Positions 1 to 9,358 of a stretch of 64,000 bases of DNA are shown in pieces (position 1 is the stretch's first letter; the number at the start of each line of letters is the position of its first letter). Position numbers and translations under genes: made by a program. The notes beneath the pieces were generated by a model, which was not told the DNA's origin, made no database searches, and saw only the letters and a program-made list of their open reading frames with translations. Source of the stretch: Clostridia bacterium (GTDB taxonomy: Bacteria; Bacillota; Clostridia; Oscillospirales; Acutalibacteraceae); NCBI GenBank assembly GCA_017560255.1, contig JAFYOI010000056.1, positions 46,639 through 110,638 on the forward strand, read 5' to 3'.

Positions 1-1199
1 TAATCAGCATCAACCATTGAGCCGGCTGAAACAAACTCATCGTTACCGACCTTAACGCCCTTGCCTACAACGGCAATACCCCAATTCTGAGCATCGCCCG
101 AATTTTCCGGTCTTTCTCCGACTTTTGCACCCTCACCAATTACGGCGTTTTCCGCAATAATCGCATACTGAACAACTGCCCCCGATTTTACAACCGTACC
201 GGGCATAATTATCGAGTCTTTGACAACCGCGCCTTTTTCAACCGTAACGTTTTCAAAAAGTACTGAGAAATCAATATCTCCGCTTATCTCACAACCTTCC
301 GCAATAATGGAGTTGTTTACGGAAGCGGTGCTTGATATATAGTGCGGCGGTGCAACGGGAGTCCTCGAATAAATCCTCCAACTATCGTCGGACAGGTCAA
401 TATCCGCATTGGGATTTATAAGGTCAAGGTTTGCTTCCCAAAGGCTCTCGATTGTACCTACGTCCTTCCAGTAGCCGTTGAAGCCGTAAGCGAAAAGCCT
501 CTGTCCGTCGGCAAGCATCTTGGGAATGATGTCCTTACCAAAATCGTTGGTTGATTTTTCGTCCGCTTCATCGTTTATAAGATATTTTTTAAGTGCTGCC
601 CAGTTGAAAATATAAACACCCATTGATGCTTTATTACTTTCGGGATTTTTCGGTTTCTCTTTAAACTCGTAAATACTGCCGTCGGGGTTTGTAAACATAA
701 GTCCGAAGCGGGACGCCTCATCCCAATCAACCTCAATTACGGCAATAGTACAATCTGCCCCGTTCTTCTTGTGATAATCAAGCATATCCGCATAATCCAT
801 CTTGTAGATATGGTCGCCCGAGAGAATCAGAACGTATTCGGGGTCGTATCTGTCGATAAAGTTGATATTCTGATAGATTGCATTTGCCGTGCCTTTGTAC
901 CAGTCAGCACCTTTAATCTGCTGATACGGAGAAAGAATATGCACTCCACCGTTGAGTCGGTCAAGGTCCCACGGCTGACCGTTGCCGATATAATCGTTAA
1001 GTTCAAGCGGCTGATACTGTGTCAGCACGCCAACGGTATAAATACCCGAATTTACACAGTTTGAAAGCGGAAAATCAATAATTCTGTACTTGCCGCCAAA
1101 CGGCACGGCGGGTTTTGCGACGTCCTTGGTTAGTATTCCGAGCCGGCTGCCCTGACCGCCCGCAAGGAGCATTGCCACACATTCTGTTTTTCTTGCCAC
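1..1199 (-). CDS. glgC: glucose-1-phosphate adenylyltransferase (ADP-glucose pyrophosphorylase); C-terminus at or just beyond the left window edge
   Basis: Absent from the ORF track because it runs off the edge. Manual translation from GTG at 1199 gives [80 protein letters not shown], the canonical GlgC N-terminus. GGAGGG lies 6 nt upstream, directly downstream of glgB. Confidence 0.85.
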   Translation of the reverse strand, partial: MARKTECVAMLLAGGQGSRLGILTKDVAKPAVPFGGKYRIIDFPLSNCVNSGIYTVGVLTQYQPLELNDYIGNGQPWDLDRLNGGVHILSPYQQIKGADWYKGTANAIYQNINFIDRYDPEYVLILSGDHIYKMDYADMLDYHKKNGADCTIAVIEVDWDEASRFGLMFTNPDGSIYEFKEKPKNPESNKASMGVYIFNWAALKKYLINDEADEKSTNDFGKDIIPKMLADGQRLFAYGFNGYWKDVGTIESLWEANLDLINPNADIDLSDDSWRIYSRTPVAPPHYISSTASVNNSIIAEGCEISGDIDFSVLFENVTVEKGAVVKDSIIMPGTVVKSGAVVQYAIIAENAVIGEGAKVGERPENSGDAQNWGIAVVGKGVKVGNDEFVSAGSMVDAD

Positions 1200-1201
1200 G
1201 A

Positions 1202-3103
1202 TTATCCCTCCATCTGTTTTTCGATGTACAGAACGGAAAGCCCCGGCAACGTAAGTTCAACCGAGTTGCCATATCCGTTCCAGCCTATATCCTGCACTTG
1301 CGATACGTTGTTTTTTACAATTCCTCTGCCACCATAGCGTACATCATCCGTATTGAAAACGATTCTGCATTCGCCCGAGCCGAACGGTACGCCTATGCGA
1401 TAATTCTCCCTTGTGACAGGTGTAAAATTACAAACGGCTATAATTTCACGTCCGTTTTCGTCAATTCTCCGGAATGATACAACGGAATTGTCAGCATCAT
1501 CCGCACCTATCCATGCAAAGCCGTCCCAACTGTAGTCTATCTGCCACAAAGTAGCATTCTCAATATAAAATCGGTTCAGTTCCTTGAAAAAGAGTTGCGT
1601 TTTTCTGTGCATCTCATAATCAAGCAAAATCCAGTCAAGTTCTCCGTTATGATTCCATTCCTTGAACTGACCGAACTCCTGCCCCATAAACATAAGTTTT
1701 TTACCGGGGTGTGCCATCACATAACCCATAAACGCACGCAGCCCCGCAAACTTTTCGTCATAGCCGCCCGGCATTTTGTCAAGCAAGGACTTCTTGCCGT
1801 GAACTACCTCATCGTGAGAAACCGGCAAGACGAAATTCTCTGAAAAAGCGTACATAAACGAAAAGGTAAGTTTGTCGTGATTGAACTTTCTGAAATACGG
1901 GTCAAGTGACGAGTAGTGAAGGCTGTCGTTCATCCAGCCCATATTCCATTTGAAATTAAATCCGAGCCCACCGAGGTAAACGGGTTTTGTAACGTTTGGC
2001 CAGGCGGTTGATTCCTCCGCAATCATCATCGTATAAGGAAATTCCTTGAAAACAAGTTCATTGAGTTTTCGCAGGAATGCAACTGCCTCAAGGTTTTCAT
2101 TGCCACCGCGGTCATTTGCAATCCATTCTCCGTCACGCCTGCCGTAATCAAGATATAGCATTGAAGCAACCGCATCAACGCGCAAGCCGTCCGCGTGGAA
2201 TTTATCAAGCCAGAACATCGCCGACGAGAGAAGAAAACTCTGCACTTCGGGTTTTCCGTAGTCAAAGACTTTCGTCCCCCACTCAAAATGCTCACCTTTG
2301 CGCTTGTCGGAATATTCGTAGCATGTTGTACCGTCAAATTCGCTCAATCCGTGGACATCCTTTGGAAAATGTGCGGGCACCCAATCGAAAATCACACCGA
2401 TATTGTTTCTGTGGCACTCGTCGACAAACGCCATAAGTTCGTGCGGTGTGCCGTATCTTGACGTTGCGGCAAAGTAACCCGTACACTGATAGCCCCATGA
2501 CCCGTCAAAAGGATGCTCCATAACGGGAAGCAACTCAATATGGGTATATCCCATATCCTTGACGTAGGGAATAAGTTCTTTTGCAAGTTTTTTATAGGAG
2601 AAGGAATTGCCGTCGGAATACTTGCGCCACGAGCCGAGATGTACCTCGTAAACGTTGACGGGAGAAGCATAGATTGAGTAGTGCTTCTTCGCTTTTATCC
2701 ATTCCTCGTCCTTCCATTTATAGCCATCTATATCATAAATTTTTGACGCTGTTGCAGCCCCCGTTTCCATATGGAATGCGTAGGGATCGGTTTTGAGAAC
2801 AAACTCAGCCTCCGGCGTTTCGATGCTGTATTTATAATTTTCGTATCTTGCGAGCCTCGGCAACGTGCACTCCCAGATTCCGCCGCCGGTAATCTTGTTC
2901 ATCGGCGCGGCGTTTCTGTCCCACTCGTTAAAATCACCCACGACGGACACACTCCTGGCATTCGGCGCCCATACTCTGAAAACAGTCTTGTCACGTCCCA
3001 ATTTGTGAGAACCGAGATATTCGTAAGATTTTGCATTATTTCCCTGATGAAACAAATAAATCGGTATGTCGCTCTTTTTTCTTGATACTGCCATAATTGC
3101 CAC
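1202..3103 (-). CDS. glgB: 1,4-alpha-glucan branching enzyme
   Basis: 633 aa ORF with GH13 branching-enzyme signatures ([53 protein letters not shown]). Sits in a glgB-glgC operon. Confidence 0.95.
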   Translation of the reverse strand: MAIMAVSRKKSDIPIYLFHQGNNAKSYEYLGSHKLGRDKTVFRVWAPNARSVSVVGDFNEWDRNAAPMNKITGGGIWECTLPRLARYENYKYSIETPEAEFVLKTDPYAFHMETGAATASKIYDIDGYKWKDEEWIKAKKHYSIYASPVNVYEVHLGSWRKYSDGNSFSYKKLAKELIPYVKDMGYTHIELLPVMEHPFDGSWGYQCTGYFAATSRYGTPHELMAFVDECHRNNIGVIFDWVPAHFPKDVHGLSEFDGTTCYEYSDKRKGEHFEWGTKVFDYGKPEVQSFLLSSAMFWLDKFHADGLRVDAVASMLYLDYGRRDGEWIANDRGGNENLEAVAFLRKLNELVFKEFPYTMMIAEESTAWPNVTKPVYLGGLGFNFKWNMGWMNDSLHYSSLDPYFRKFNHDKLTFSFMYAFSENFVLPVSHDEVVHGKKSLLDKMPGGYDEKFAGLRAFMGYVMAHPGKKLMFMGQEFGQFKEWNHNGELDWILLDYEMHRKTQLFFKELNRFYIENATLWQIDYSWDGFAWIGADDADNSVVSFRRIDENGREIIAVCNFTPVTRENYRIGVPFGSGECRIVFNTDDVRYGGRGIVKNNVSQVQDIGWNGYGNSVELTLPGLSVLYIEKQMEG

Positions 3104-3127
3104 CGCCTTTGCAGAGATATTTCATAG

Positions 3128-4039
3128 TCAATTAAAATTCATATTTTCGGTGACAAACAGTCTTATTGCACCCCTGATACACTCAATCTGCGCAGGCAGA
3201 GTTCCGATTTTTTCTCCGTCAATATCAAGAGGCAGCCTTTCACCTTCCTGAACACAGGAAACCTTGAGGTTGTTCGTCTGAAAATATATTACATCTTTGT
3301 CGTTAGTATGTTTCCCGCCCCACAATTTTATAAAAAGCGGGAAAATACGCCTTGTTTTTATTTTTTTGATAATACACACGTCGAGCATCCCGTCGTCTAC
3401 CTTTGCAAACGGAGAAATCTTACGAAATCCTCCGACGCTTGACGTGTTTGAAATCAGGAAAAGGAAAGTGTCAACTTCCATTTTCCCACCATCATATTCA
3501 AAAACGAGTTTTTCGCTCTTTCTGACCGTTTTGGGCAGAGTCTTTGCACCGCTGACATAATAGGCAAGTTTACCGAACCGATTTTTTCTGTCGGCAGATA
3601 CGGAATAGGCAACCTCAGAAAAAGCGCCTCCCGCAACAACGTTTGCAAAATATCTGTCCTGACAAAGTCCCATATCAATCTTTTCAACGCGAGCGTGTTT
3701 AATCATATCACAAAACTCATCACAAGTATTTGGCAAACCAAGCGAATATGCAAAATCGTTTACAGTACCCGCCGCCAAAACAGCGACAGGAATATTGCTG
3801 CCGGATTTTATCACGCCGTACAAAACTTCATTTACCGTGCCGTCACCCCCGACCGCAACAACACAGTCGTAATCAGAAAGTGAGCGAGCCTCACGATATG
3901 CATCGCCCTCTTTCTGCGTTTTAAAAATATCAACTCGCTCGGCAACGCCGTCTTTTACAAGTTTGTCGGAGATTCTTATTGCCGTTTTCTGAACGGTCTT
4001 TGTTCCTGCAACGGGATTGATTATCATCCTTATCCGCAA
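3128..4039 (-). CDS. diacylglycerol kinase family lipid kinase (YegS/DagK-like)
   Basis: INPVAGTK N-terminus and VVAVGGDGTVNEV motif. Start is placed at TTG 4039, 8 nt after GGAGG. The track ORF extends to ATG 4060, which has no RBS. Confidence 0.8.
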   Translation of the reverse strand: MRIRMIINPVAGTKTVQKTAIRISDKLVKDGVAERVDIFKTQKEGDAYREARSLSDYDCVVAVGGDGTVNEVLYGVIKSGSNIPVAVLAAGTVNDFAYSLGLPNTCDEFCDMIKHARVEKIDMGLCQDRYFANVVAGGAFSEVAYSVSADRKNRFGKLAYYVSGAKTLPKTVRKSEKLVFEYDGGKMEVDTFLFLISNTSSVGGFRKISPFAKVDDGMLDVCIIKKIKTRRIFPLFIKLWGGKHTNDKDVIYFQTNNLKVSCVQEGERLPLDIDGEKIGTLPAQIECIRGAIRLFVTENMNFN

Positions 4040-4152
4040 AACGCTCACCTCCCGACACATAAAAGTATAATATGGTCACATTACTATTATATAACTTTAA
4101 GTAAAAAATTCAATAAAAAAATATTTTTCACACCAAATTTTTAACAAATTTC

Positions 4153-4181
4153 TTGACATTAAGAAAAAAAGGGTGTAACAT
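4153..4181 (+). promoter_or_regulatory. sigma-A type promoter of the zur-znu operon (TTGACA-17-TAACAT)
   Basis: -35 TTGACA at 4153-4158, a 17-nt spacer, and -10 TAACAT at 4176-4181. Confidence 0.5.
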
Positions 4182-4218
4182 CTCCTTATTGCTATTGGGA
4201 CTCAATCCCGATAAGGAG
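4182..4218. promoter_or_regulatory. inverted repeat CTCCTTAT...ATAAGGAG (inner GGG/CCC) covering the predicted transcription start and the RBS; candidate Zur operator or anti-SD hairpin
   Basis: A perfect 8-bp outer inverted repeat (4182-4189 / 4211-4218) whose right arm contains the AAGGAGG Shine-Dalgarno sequence. Confidence 0.4.
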
Positions 4219-4223
4219 GATTT

Positions 4224-4685
4224 ATGAACGGTTACAAAAGCGAAAAAGGTGTGGGCGATGCGACGGTCACACGCCGTAATACTCGTGCAAAAACCTTGAT
4301 ATTAAAGTGTTTGAAGTCCCTTGGCGGTAAGCATATAACCGCCGAGGAATTATCCGAGATGCTCAAAAGCGAAAACACTCCCGTTGCCAAGTCAACCCTT
4401 TACAGATTTCTTGCTCAACTTGAGCAGGACGGGCTTGTAAAAAAGTATTTTTCGGGTGAAAACGCAAGTTGTTGCTACCGTTTTGTCGGTGAAGGAAGCG
4501 AATGTAACGAGCATTTTCATCTGCTTTGCAGACAGTGCGGAGAAATCACACATTTTGAAAACCCGATGCTTGAACAGATGATGAAAAAACTTGACGGAGC
4601 GACGGATTTTTCGATTGATATTCACGATTCTCAGTTCTATGGGACCTGTAAAACTTGTATGAGAAAGGCTAAAAGTGAAAAATAA
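4224..4685 (+). CDS. zur: Fur family transcriptional repressor, probable zinc uptake regulator
   Basis: 153 aa with a winged-helix N-terminus and CxxC pairs (CRQCG, CKTC). It is the first gene of a znuACB-type operon. Confidence 0.8.
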   Translation: MNGYKSEKGVGDATVTRRNTRAKTLILKCLKSLGGKHITAEELSEMLKSENTPVAKSTLYRFLAQLEQDGLVKKYFSGENASCCYRFVGEGSECNEHFHLLCRQCGEITHFENPMLEQMMKKLDGATDFSIDIHDSQFYGTCKTCMRKAKSEK

Positions 4686-5635
4686 TGAAGAAGATTTTAT
4701 GCTTAATTTTGACTATACTTACGCTCGTTTCTCTCACCGCTTGCGGTGGAGAAAACGTGGGCAGTGAAAAGATACAAATTATCACATCTTTGTTCCCACA
4801 CTACGATTTTGCCCGTCAGATTGTGGGCGACAAAGCGGAGGTAACACTGCTTCTCAAACCCGGCATGGAGAGCCACACGTACGACCCATCCACCGCCGAT
4901 ATTTACAAAATAACTTCTGCCGATCTTTTTATTTACACGGGAAAAGATATGGAAGCGTGGGTGGAAAAAGTTATCGCTTCGATTGATAAAAATGGCCCGA
5001 CGATCGTTGATGCAACAAGGGAAATTGAACTTTTACACTCTGAGCACCACGAGGGCGACAACGCCGACGACCACGACCACGTTTACGACCCGCACATATG
5101 GCTCAACCCGCTTAACGCAGCGCAGATGCTTGACACAATTTTAGAGGCAATATGCAAAATTGACCCCGATAACGAATCGTTCTACAGAGAAAATGCAAAG
5201 AAATACAAGGATGAAATACTCCTTCTTGACAGCGACATTGAACGCACAATCAATGAAGCAAAAATCAGCAGTGACGTCGACACTCTTGTTTTTGGCGGCA
5301 AATTTGCTTACGCTTATTTCTTTGACAGATACGACCTTGATTACGTCAGCGCATACAAAACCTGTTCAACGGAAACAGAACCGAGTCTTACAACAATTTA
5401 TCAAATCTCACAATATATCAAGGATAACGGCATCCCTTGTGTATTCAAAGAGGAACTCAGCGAAGGCAAAGTTGCAAAATCAATCGCGGAAATATCGGGT
5501 GCGACCGTTCAGACTTTCAGCACCGCCCACAATGTGTCAAAAGAGGATTTTGACAGAGGAGAAACATACGTAAGCATTATGTATCAGAACCTCAACGTAA
5601 TCCGCAGAGCGCTCGTTGATACACAAATTCAGTAA
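4685..5635 (+). CDS. znuA: metal (zinc) ABC transporter substrate-binding lipoprotein, ZnuA/AdcA type
   Basis: Lipobox LTACGG, a His/Asp-rich loop HSEHHEGDNADDHDHVYDPHIWLNP, and operon context. Confidence 0.9.
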   Translation: MKKILCLILTILTLVSLTACGGENVGSEKIQIITSLFPHYDFARQIVGDKAEVTLLLKPGMESHTYDPSTADIYKITSADLFIYTGKDMEAWVEKVIASIDKNGPTIVDATREIELLHSEHHEGDNADDHDHVYDPHIWLNPLNAAQMLDTILEAICKIDPDNESFYRENAKKYKDEILLLDSDIERTINEAKISSDVDTLVFGGKFAYAYFFDRYDLDYVSAYKTCSTETEPSLTTIYQISQYIKDNGIPCVFKEELSEGKVAKSIAEISGATVQTFSTAHNVSKEDFDRGETYVSIMYQNLNVIRRALVDTQIQ

Positions 5636-5655
5636 TAAGATTTCAGGAGAACATT

Positions 5656-6354
5656 ATGTCTATTTTAAAGGTTAAAAATTTATCGGTCGGATACCGCAAT
5701 CTCAACGTACTTAAAGACATCAGTTTCAAGGTTGACTACGGCGACTATTTCTGCATTGTCGGCTCAAACGGTTCGGGCAAAAGCACCCTTGTAAAATGCC
5801 TGCTCGGTCTTATTCCTCACAACCACAAGGGCAAAATTGAGTTTGATGTCAGCACTCAGGAAATCGCCTATCTGCCGCAAATAAACACAATTCCGCGCGA
5901 AATGCCCGCGACGGTCAAGGAAGTCATTATGACGGGGCTTCAGAAAAGCGGCAAGCGCTTACCTTTTTACACCAAAAAGGACGCAAAAGCGTATAAATCA
6001 ACGGTAAAAATGCTCGATATTGAAAAGTTGGCAAAAAAGAAAATCGGTGAACTTTCAGGAGGTCAACTTCAGAGAGTCTTGCTCGCCAGAGCCCTTTGCA
6101 GAAAGCCGAAACTGCTCATTCTGGACGAACCCACGTCGGGGCTCGACGAAAAAAGCACGGGCAATCTCTATTCTCTGCTTGACAAACTCAATCAGGAAGA
6201 AAAAATGACTATAATTATGATCACACATGACCTTGACGATGTCAAATTCTGCGCTAATAAGGTCCTTGTCCTTGACAACGAGGGTATTTTCTGCGGCAAT
6301 ATCAGCGACTGGCTCAAAATCAGAAGGGAGGGGCATTGTCACCATGACCATTGA
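5656..6354 (+). CDS. znuC: metal ABC transporter ATP-binding protein
   Basis: Walker A GSNGSGKST, signature LSGGQLQR, Walker B LLILDEP. Confidence 0.9.
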   Translation: MSILKVKNLSVGYRNLNVLKDISFKVDYGDYFCIVGSNGSGKSTLVKCLLGLIPHNHKGKIEFDVSTQEIAYLPQINTIPREMPATVKEVIMTGLQKSGKRLPFYTKKDAKAYKSTVKMLDIEKLAKKKIGELSGGQLQRVLLARALCRKPKLLILDEPTSGLDEKSTGNLYSLLDKLNQEEKMTIIMITHDLDDVKFCANKVLVLDNEGIFCGNISDWLKIRREGHCHHDH

Positions 6355-7168
6355 TATGTTTTTTACAATACTGACTCAGCCCTTCGTAATCCGTGCAGTC
6401 GTTGTGGGTGTTCTCGTTTCCCTCTGCGCAGCACTGCTCGGTGTTGTGCTTGTACTTAAAAAATACTCCCTTATCGGCCACGGACTTGCAGACGTTGGTT
6501 TTGCAAGCATCGCGCTTGCACTCGCTCTGGGCGTAACTCCTATGTACATATCACTGCCCGTTGTACTGATTGCATCATTCATCATTATGGCAGTCAGCCA
6601 GAAAAAAGGCGTTTCGGGTGATACGGCAATCGGTGTTGCAGCGACAACATCGCTTGCAATCGGCATTATGATAACTTACCTTGGCAACGGATTTAACGCG
6701 GATATTTCGGACTATATGTTCGGCAGTATCAACGCCGTTACAACCGCCGACCTGATTATGAGTATTGTTTTGTCGGCAATCGTAATCACCGTTTACGTTC
6801 TCTTCTACAACAGAATTTTCATCATCACCTGCGACGAATCGTTTGCAAAAGCATCGGGAATCAACGTGTCAATATACCGTTTTCTCATCTCTTTCCTGAC
6901 CGCGCTTACAATCGTTATGGGAATGAAAATGATGGGCAGCCTTCTCATATCAAGCCTTATCATCTTCCCCGCAGTGACGGCAAGAAACTTTGCAAGCAGT
7001 TTCAAATCCCTCGTTATATCATCCGCAATTTGCTCGGTAATCTGTTTCCTGCTCGGAATTGTGCTGACAATATGTTTCGACCTGCCGACCGGTGCGGGAA
7101 TAGTTATTGTCAATGCGGTTGCTATGATTGGCTCATCAATTTACGGAAAACTTGTAAAGAAGAATTAA
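6344..7168 (+). CDS. znuB: metal ABC transporter permease
   Basis: Polytopic membrane protein. ATG at 6344 (MTIDMFFTIL) overlaps the znuC stop. The upstream part of the 6227 track ORF lies inside znuC. Confidence 0.88.
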   Translation: MTIDMFFTILTQPFVIRAVVVGVLVSLCAALLGVVLVLKKYSLIGHGLADVGFASIALALALGVTPMYISLPVVLIASFIIMAVSQKKGVSGDTAIGVAATTSLAIGIMITYLGNGFNADISDYMFGSINAVTTADLIMSIVLSAIVITVYVLFYNRIFIITCDESFAKASGINVSIYRFLISFLTALTIVMGMKMMGSLLISSLIIFPAVTARNFASSFKSLVISSAICSVICFLLGIVLTICFDLPTGAGIVIVNAVAMIGSSIYGKLVKKN

Positions 7169-7215
7169 AAACTGGTTTGTTAAATCAGAGCATATTTTTA
7201 CATAAAGTAAAAATT

Positions 7216-7249
7216 GACGGAACACAAAAATTGCCTTTTGTGTTCCGTC
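7216..7249 (-). terminator. intrinsic terminator downstream of the XRE gene
   Basis: 14-bp stem GACGGAACACAAAA / TTTTGTGTTCCGTC with a U-run on the minus strand. Confidence 0.7.
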
Positions 7250-7256
7250 AATCAAT

Positions 7257-7469
7257 TTACTTGTTCATCTTAGGATTTTCAGTACGGCACATAATATAAT
7301 CCATACTTACGCCATAAAAATCCGCAAGAATAATAAGCGTTTCGGTGGGAGGTACCCTTTCTCCGTTTTCAAATTTTGAAAGCAATGCCTGCTCAATTCC
7401 TGTTGACATCTGCAGCGCAATTTGAGTTATACCCTTTTCCTTACGAAGCTTGCGAAGATTATTTTTCAT
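7257..7469 (-). CDS. XRE family helix-turn-helix transcriptional regulator (70 aa)
   Basis: LRKLRKEKGITQIALQMSTGIEQALLSKFENGERVP is a typical Cro/C1 HTH. Confidence 0.85.
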   Translation of the reverse strand: MKNNLRKLRKEKGITQIALQMSTGIEQALLSKFENGERVPPTETLIILADFYGVSMDYIMCRTENPKMNK

Positions 7470-7482
7470 AACATCACCTATA

Positions 7483-7495
7483 TGACATTATGTCA
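7483..7495. promoter_or_regulatory. palindromic operator candidate TGACAT-T-ATGTCA
   Basis: Perfect palindrome in the divergent XRE/DUF2493 intergenic region. Confidence 0.5.
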
Positions 7496-7512
7496 ATTTT
7501 TGAATTGACTAT

Positions 7513-7529
7513 TATGACAATTTGTCATA
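7513..7529. promoter_or_regulatory. palindromic operator candidate TATGACAA-T-TTGTCATA overlapping a TATAAT -10 box
   Basis: Perfect 8-bp arms. It shares a TGACA/TGTCA core with the site at 7483-7495. A TATAAT box lies at 7528-7533. Confidence 0.5.
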
Positions 7530-7570
7530 TAATGCAATGTGTCTTATCTTTGTTTGTATCGGTGATATTC

Positions 7571-7933
7571 ATGATAAAAAGGGTTGTCGTAGCAGGTTGC
7601 AGAAATTATAATAACTACAGAGAAGCTAAAGAATACATTGATTTTTGTCTAAGTAAAATAAGAAAAAGAAACGAGCTTATATTTCTTTCGGGGCATTGTC
7701 GGGGTGCAGATTTGCTTGGAGAGAGATATGCGGAAGAAAACGGATTTAAAATTGAGAGATATATTGCTGAATGGGATAAATACGGCAGAGGTGCAGGTCC
7801 GAAGCGTAATAAAATTATGGCTGATAAAGCCGATTATGTCATCTGCTTTTGGGACGGACAGAGCAAGGGCACAAAAGCAATGATTGATTACGTTGCCAAA
7901 ATAGGAAAGCCATTAAGAATAAAAAGAATATAA
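7571..7933 (+). CDS. DUF2493 / SLOG-fold family protein (YspA/DprA-LOG-like)
   Basis: VVVAGCRNYNNY...FLSGHCRGADLLGERYA...RGAGPKRNKIMADKADYVICFWDGQSKGT matches the DUF2493 pattern. Start is taken at ATG 7571 (MIKRVVVAG) after GGTGA. Confidence 0.7.
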   Translation: MIKRVVVAGCRNYNNYREAKEYIDFCLSKIRKRNELIFLSGHCRGADLLGERYAEENGFKIERYIAEWDKYGRGAGPKRNKIMADKADYVICFWDGQSKGTKAMIDYVAKIGKPLRIKRI

Positions 7934-7943
7934 TCGTATGAAA

Positions 7944-7976
7944 AAATCCCTGAAAACATAAGGTTTTCAGGGATTT
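7944..7976. terminator. bidirectional intrinsic terminator between the DUF2493 gene and the alcohol dehydrogenase gene
   Basis: Stem AAATCCCTGAAAAC / GTTTTCAGGGATTT, flanked by A-run and T-run. Confidence 0.75.
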
Positions 7977-7985
7977 GCTTAATTT

Positions 7986-9155
7986 TTAATTTGCCAATTT
8001 TAAAATTGCCGTTACGTCGTCACGGTTCAGTTTTACAAAACAGCCCGTTGTACCGCCGTTTGCAATCTTCATATTATCAACAATTTTCGGTATATCACGC
8101 ACGTTTGCACCGATTGCGGAGAGAGTTGTCGGCATTCCGATTGACTGCAAGAACTTCTCAAAGCGCTCAATGCCCTCAACAATCGTCTTTTCGGGGTGTT
8201 CAAAATCCATCTGACAGCCCCATACTCTTACCGCAAACTGCAAGAACTTATTTGTATTTTTTGTCATTACGTACTTCATCCACGCGGGCGCAACAACCGC
8301 AAGTCCTGCGCCGTGGGCAACGTCATAGAGCGCGGACAATTCGTGCTCAATCTGATGACTTGCCCAGTCCTGCTCTCTGCCGACACCGCAAACGTTATTG
8401 TGTGCAAGCATTCCCGCCCACATAATATTAGCACGCGCCTCGTAATTGTTGGGATTTTTGATTGCAATGGGCGTTTCTTTAATCATTGTAAGGAAAAGCG
8501 CCTCACAAAGCCTATCCGTAACCTCAACGTCCGCCGTGTTTGAAAAATACCTTTCACAGATATGCATAATTATATCCGTCGCACCAGAAGCCGTCTGATA
8601 TGCGGGCAAAGTGCAGGTAAATTCGGGATTTAAAACAGAAAATTTCGGACGAAGTAAATCGCTACCCGTTCCCCACTTTTTCTTCTTGGTTTCGTGAGTA
8701 ATTACGGTATTTCCCGAACCCTCACTGCCTGCCGCCGCAATTGTAAGCACAGTGCCTATCGGCAAAGCGTCCGTTATCGGAGTGCCACAGAAGAAATCCC
8801 AGAAATCACCATCGTATTTCGCGCCCATAGCAATTGCTTTGGCAGTGTCGATACTGCTGCCGCCGCCAACTGCAAGAATAAAATCAATCCTATCACGTTT
8901 GCATATTTTAACACCTTCATACACGAGGCCGCTTCTTGGATTAGGTTTTACGCCGCCCAATTCGCTATAATAAATGCCGTTACTTTTCAGTCCCTCCGTA
9001 ATTGTCGCATAAAGACCCGATTTTTTGATTGAACCGCCGCCGTAAACGAGCAAGACCCTGCTGCCGCCAAAACGGGTTATAAGTTCGGGCACTTTCTTTT
9101 CCGTACCTCTGCCGAACGAAAAATGCGTGGGTGAATAAAAAGTAAAATTATTCAT
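7986..9155 (-). CDS. iron-containing (group III) alcohol dehydrogenase, butanol dehydrogenase-like
   Basis: 389 aa with GGGSxxD (AVGGGSSIDTAKAIA) and His-rich metal-site motifs typical of BdhA/YqhD. Confidence 0.9.
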   Translation of the reverse strand: MNNFTFYSPTHFSFGRGTEKKVPELITRFGGSRVLLVYGGGSIKKSGLYATITEGLKSNGIYYSELGGVKPNPRSGLVYEGVKICKRDRIDFILAVGGGSSIDTAKAIAMGAKYDGDFWDFFCGTPITDALPIGTVLTIAAAGSEGSGNTVITHETKKKKWGTGSDLLRPKFSVLNPEFTCTLPAYQTASGATDIIMHICERYFSNTADVEVTDRLCEALFLTMIKETPIAIKNPNNYEARANIMWAGMLAHNNVCGVGREQDWASHQIEHELSALYDVAHGAGLAVVAPAWMKYVMTKNTNKFLQFAVRVWGCQMDFEHPEKTIVEGIERFEKFLQSIGMPTTLSAIGANVRDIPKIVDNMKIANGGTTGCFVKLNRDDVTAILKLAN

Positions 9156-9257
9156 AAGGCAAACCTCCGATTAAGAAGTAGTTTTATCATAGATTTTATT
9201 ATAAATTAAACCATGAACTTATGCAATAGATACGGAAAATTTTTCAAATCATCAAAC

Positions 9258-9285
9258 TTGACAAAGAGTGCGTGTTATGTATAAT
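9258..9285 (+). promoter_or_regulatory. promoter of the DHHW-MBOAT-DHHW operon (TTGACA-16-TATAAT)
   Basis: -35 at 9258-9263 and -10 at 9280-9285, preceded by TG. Confidence 0.5.
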
Positions 9286-9358
9286 TGTTATAAAACAAAA
9301 AAATATATAATACTATCGGTATTTGGCAATTTATACAGATAAAACGAGGTAACGCAGC

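Noticed and set aside
6227-6343. N-terminal extensions of track ORFs: znuB from 6227, pduL from 25860, dnaD-like from 51079, ilvC to 14431, alaS to 50997, ABC ATPase from 34761.
   Set aside because: The extensions overlap the upstream gene or promoter/terminator sequence and lack an RBS. In each case an internal ATG with a good Shine-Dalgarno sequence gives the canonical family N-terminus.
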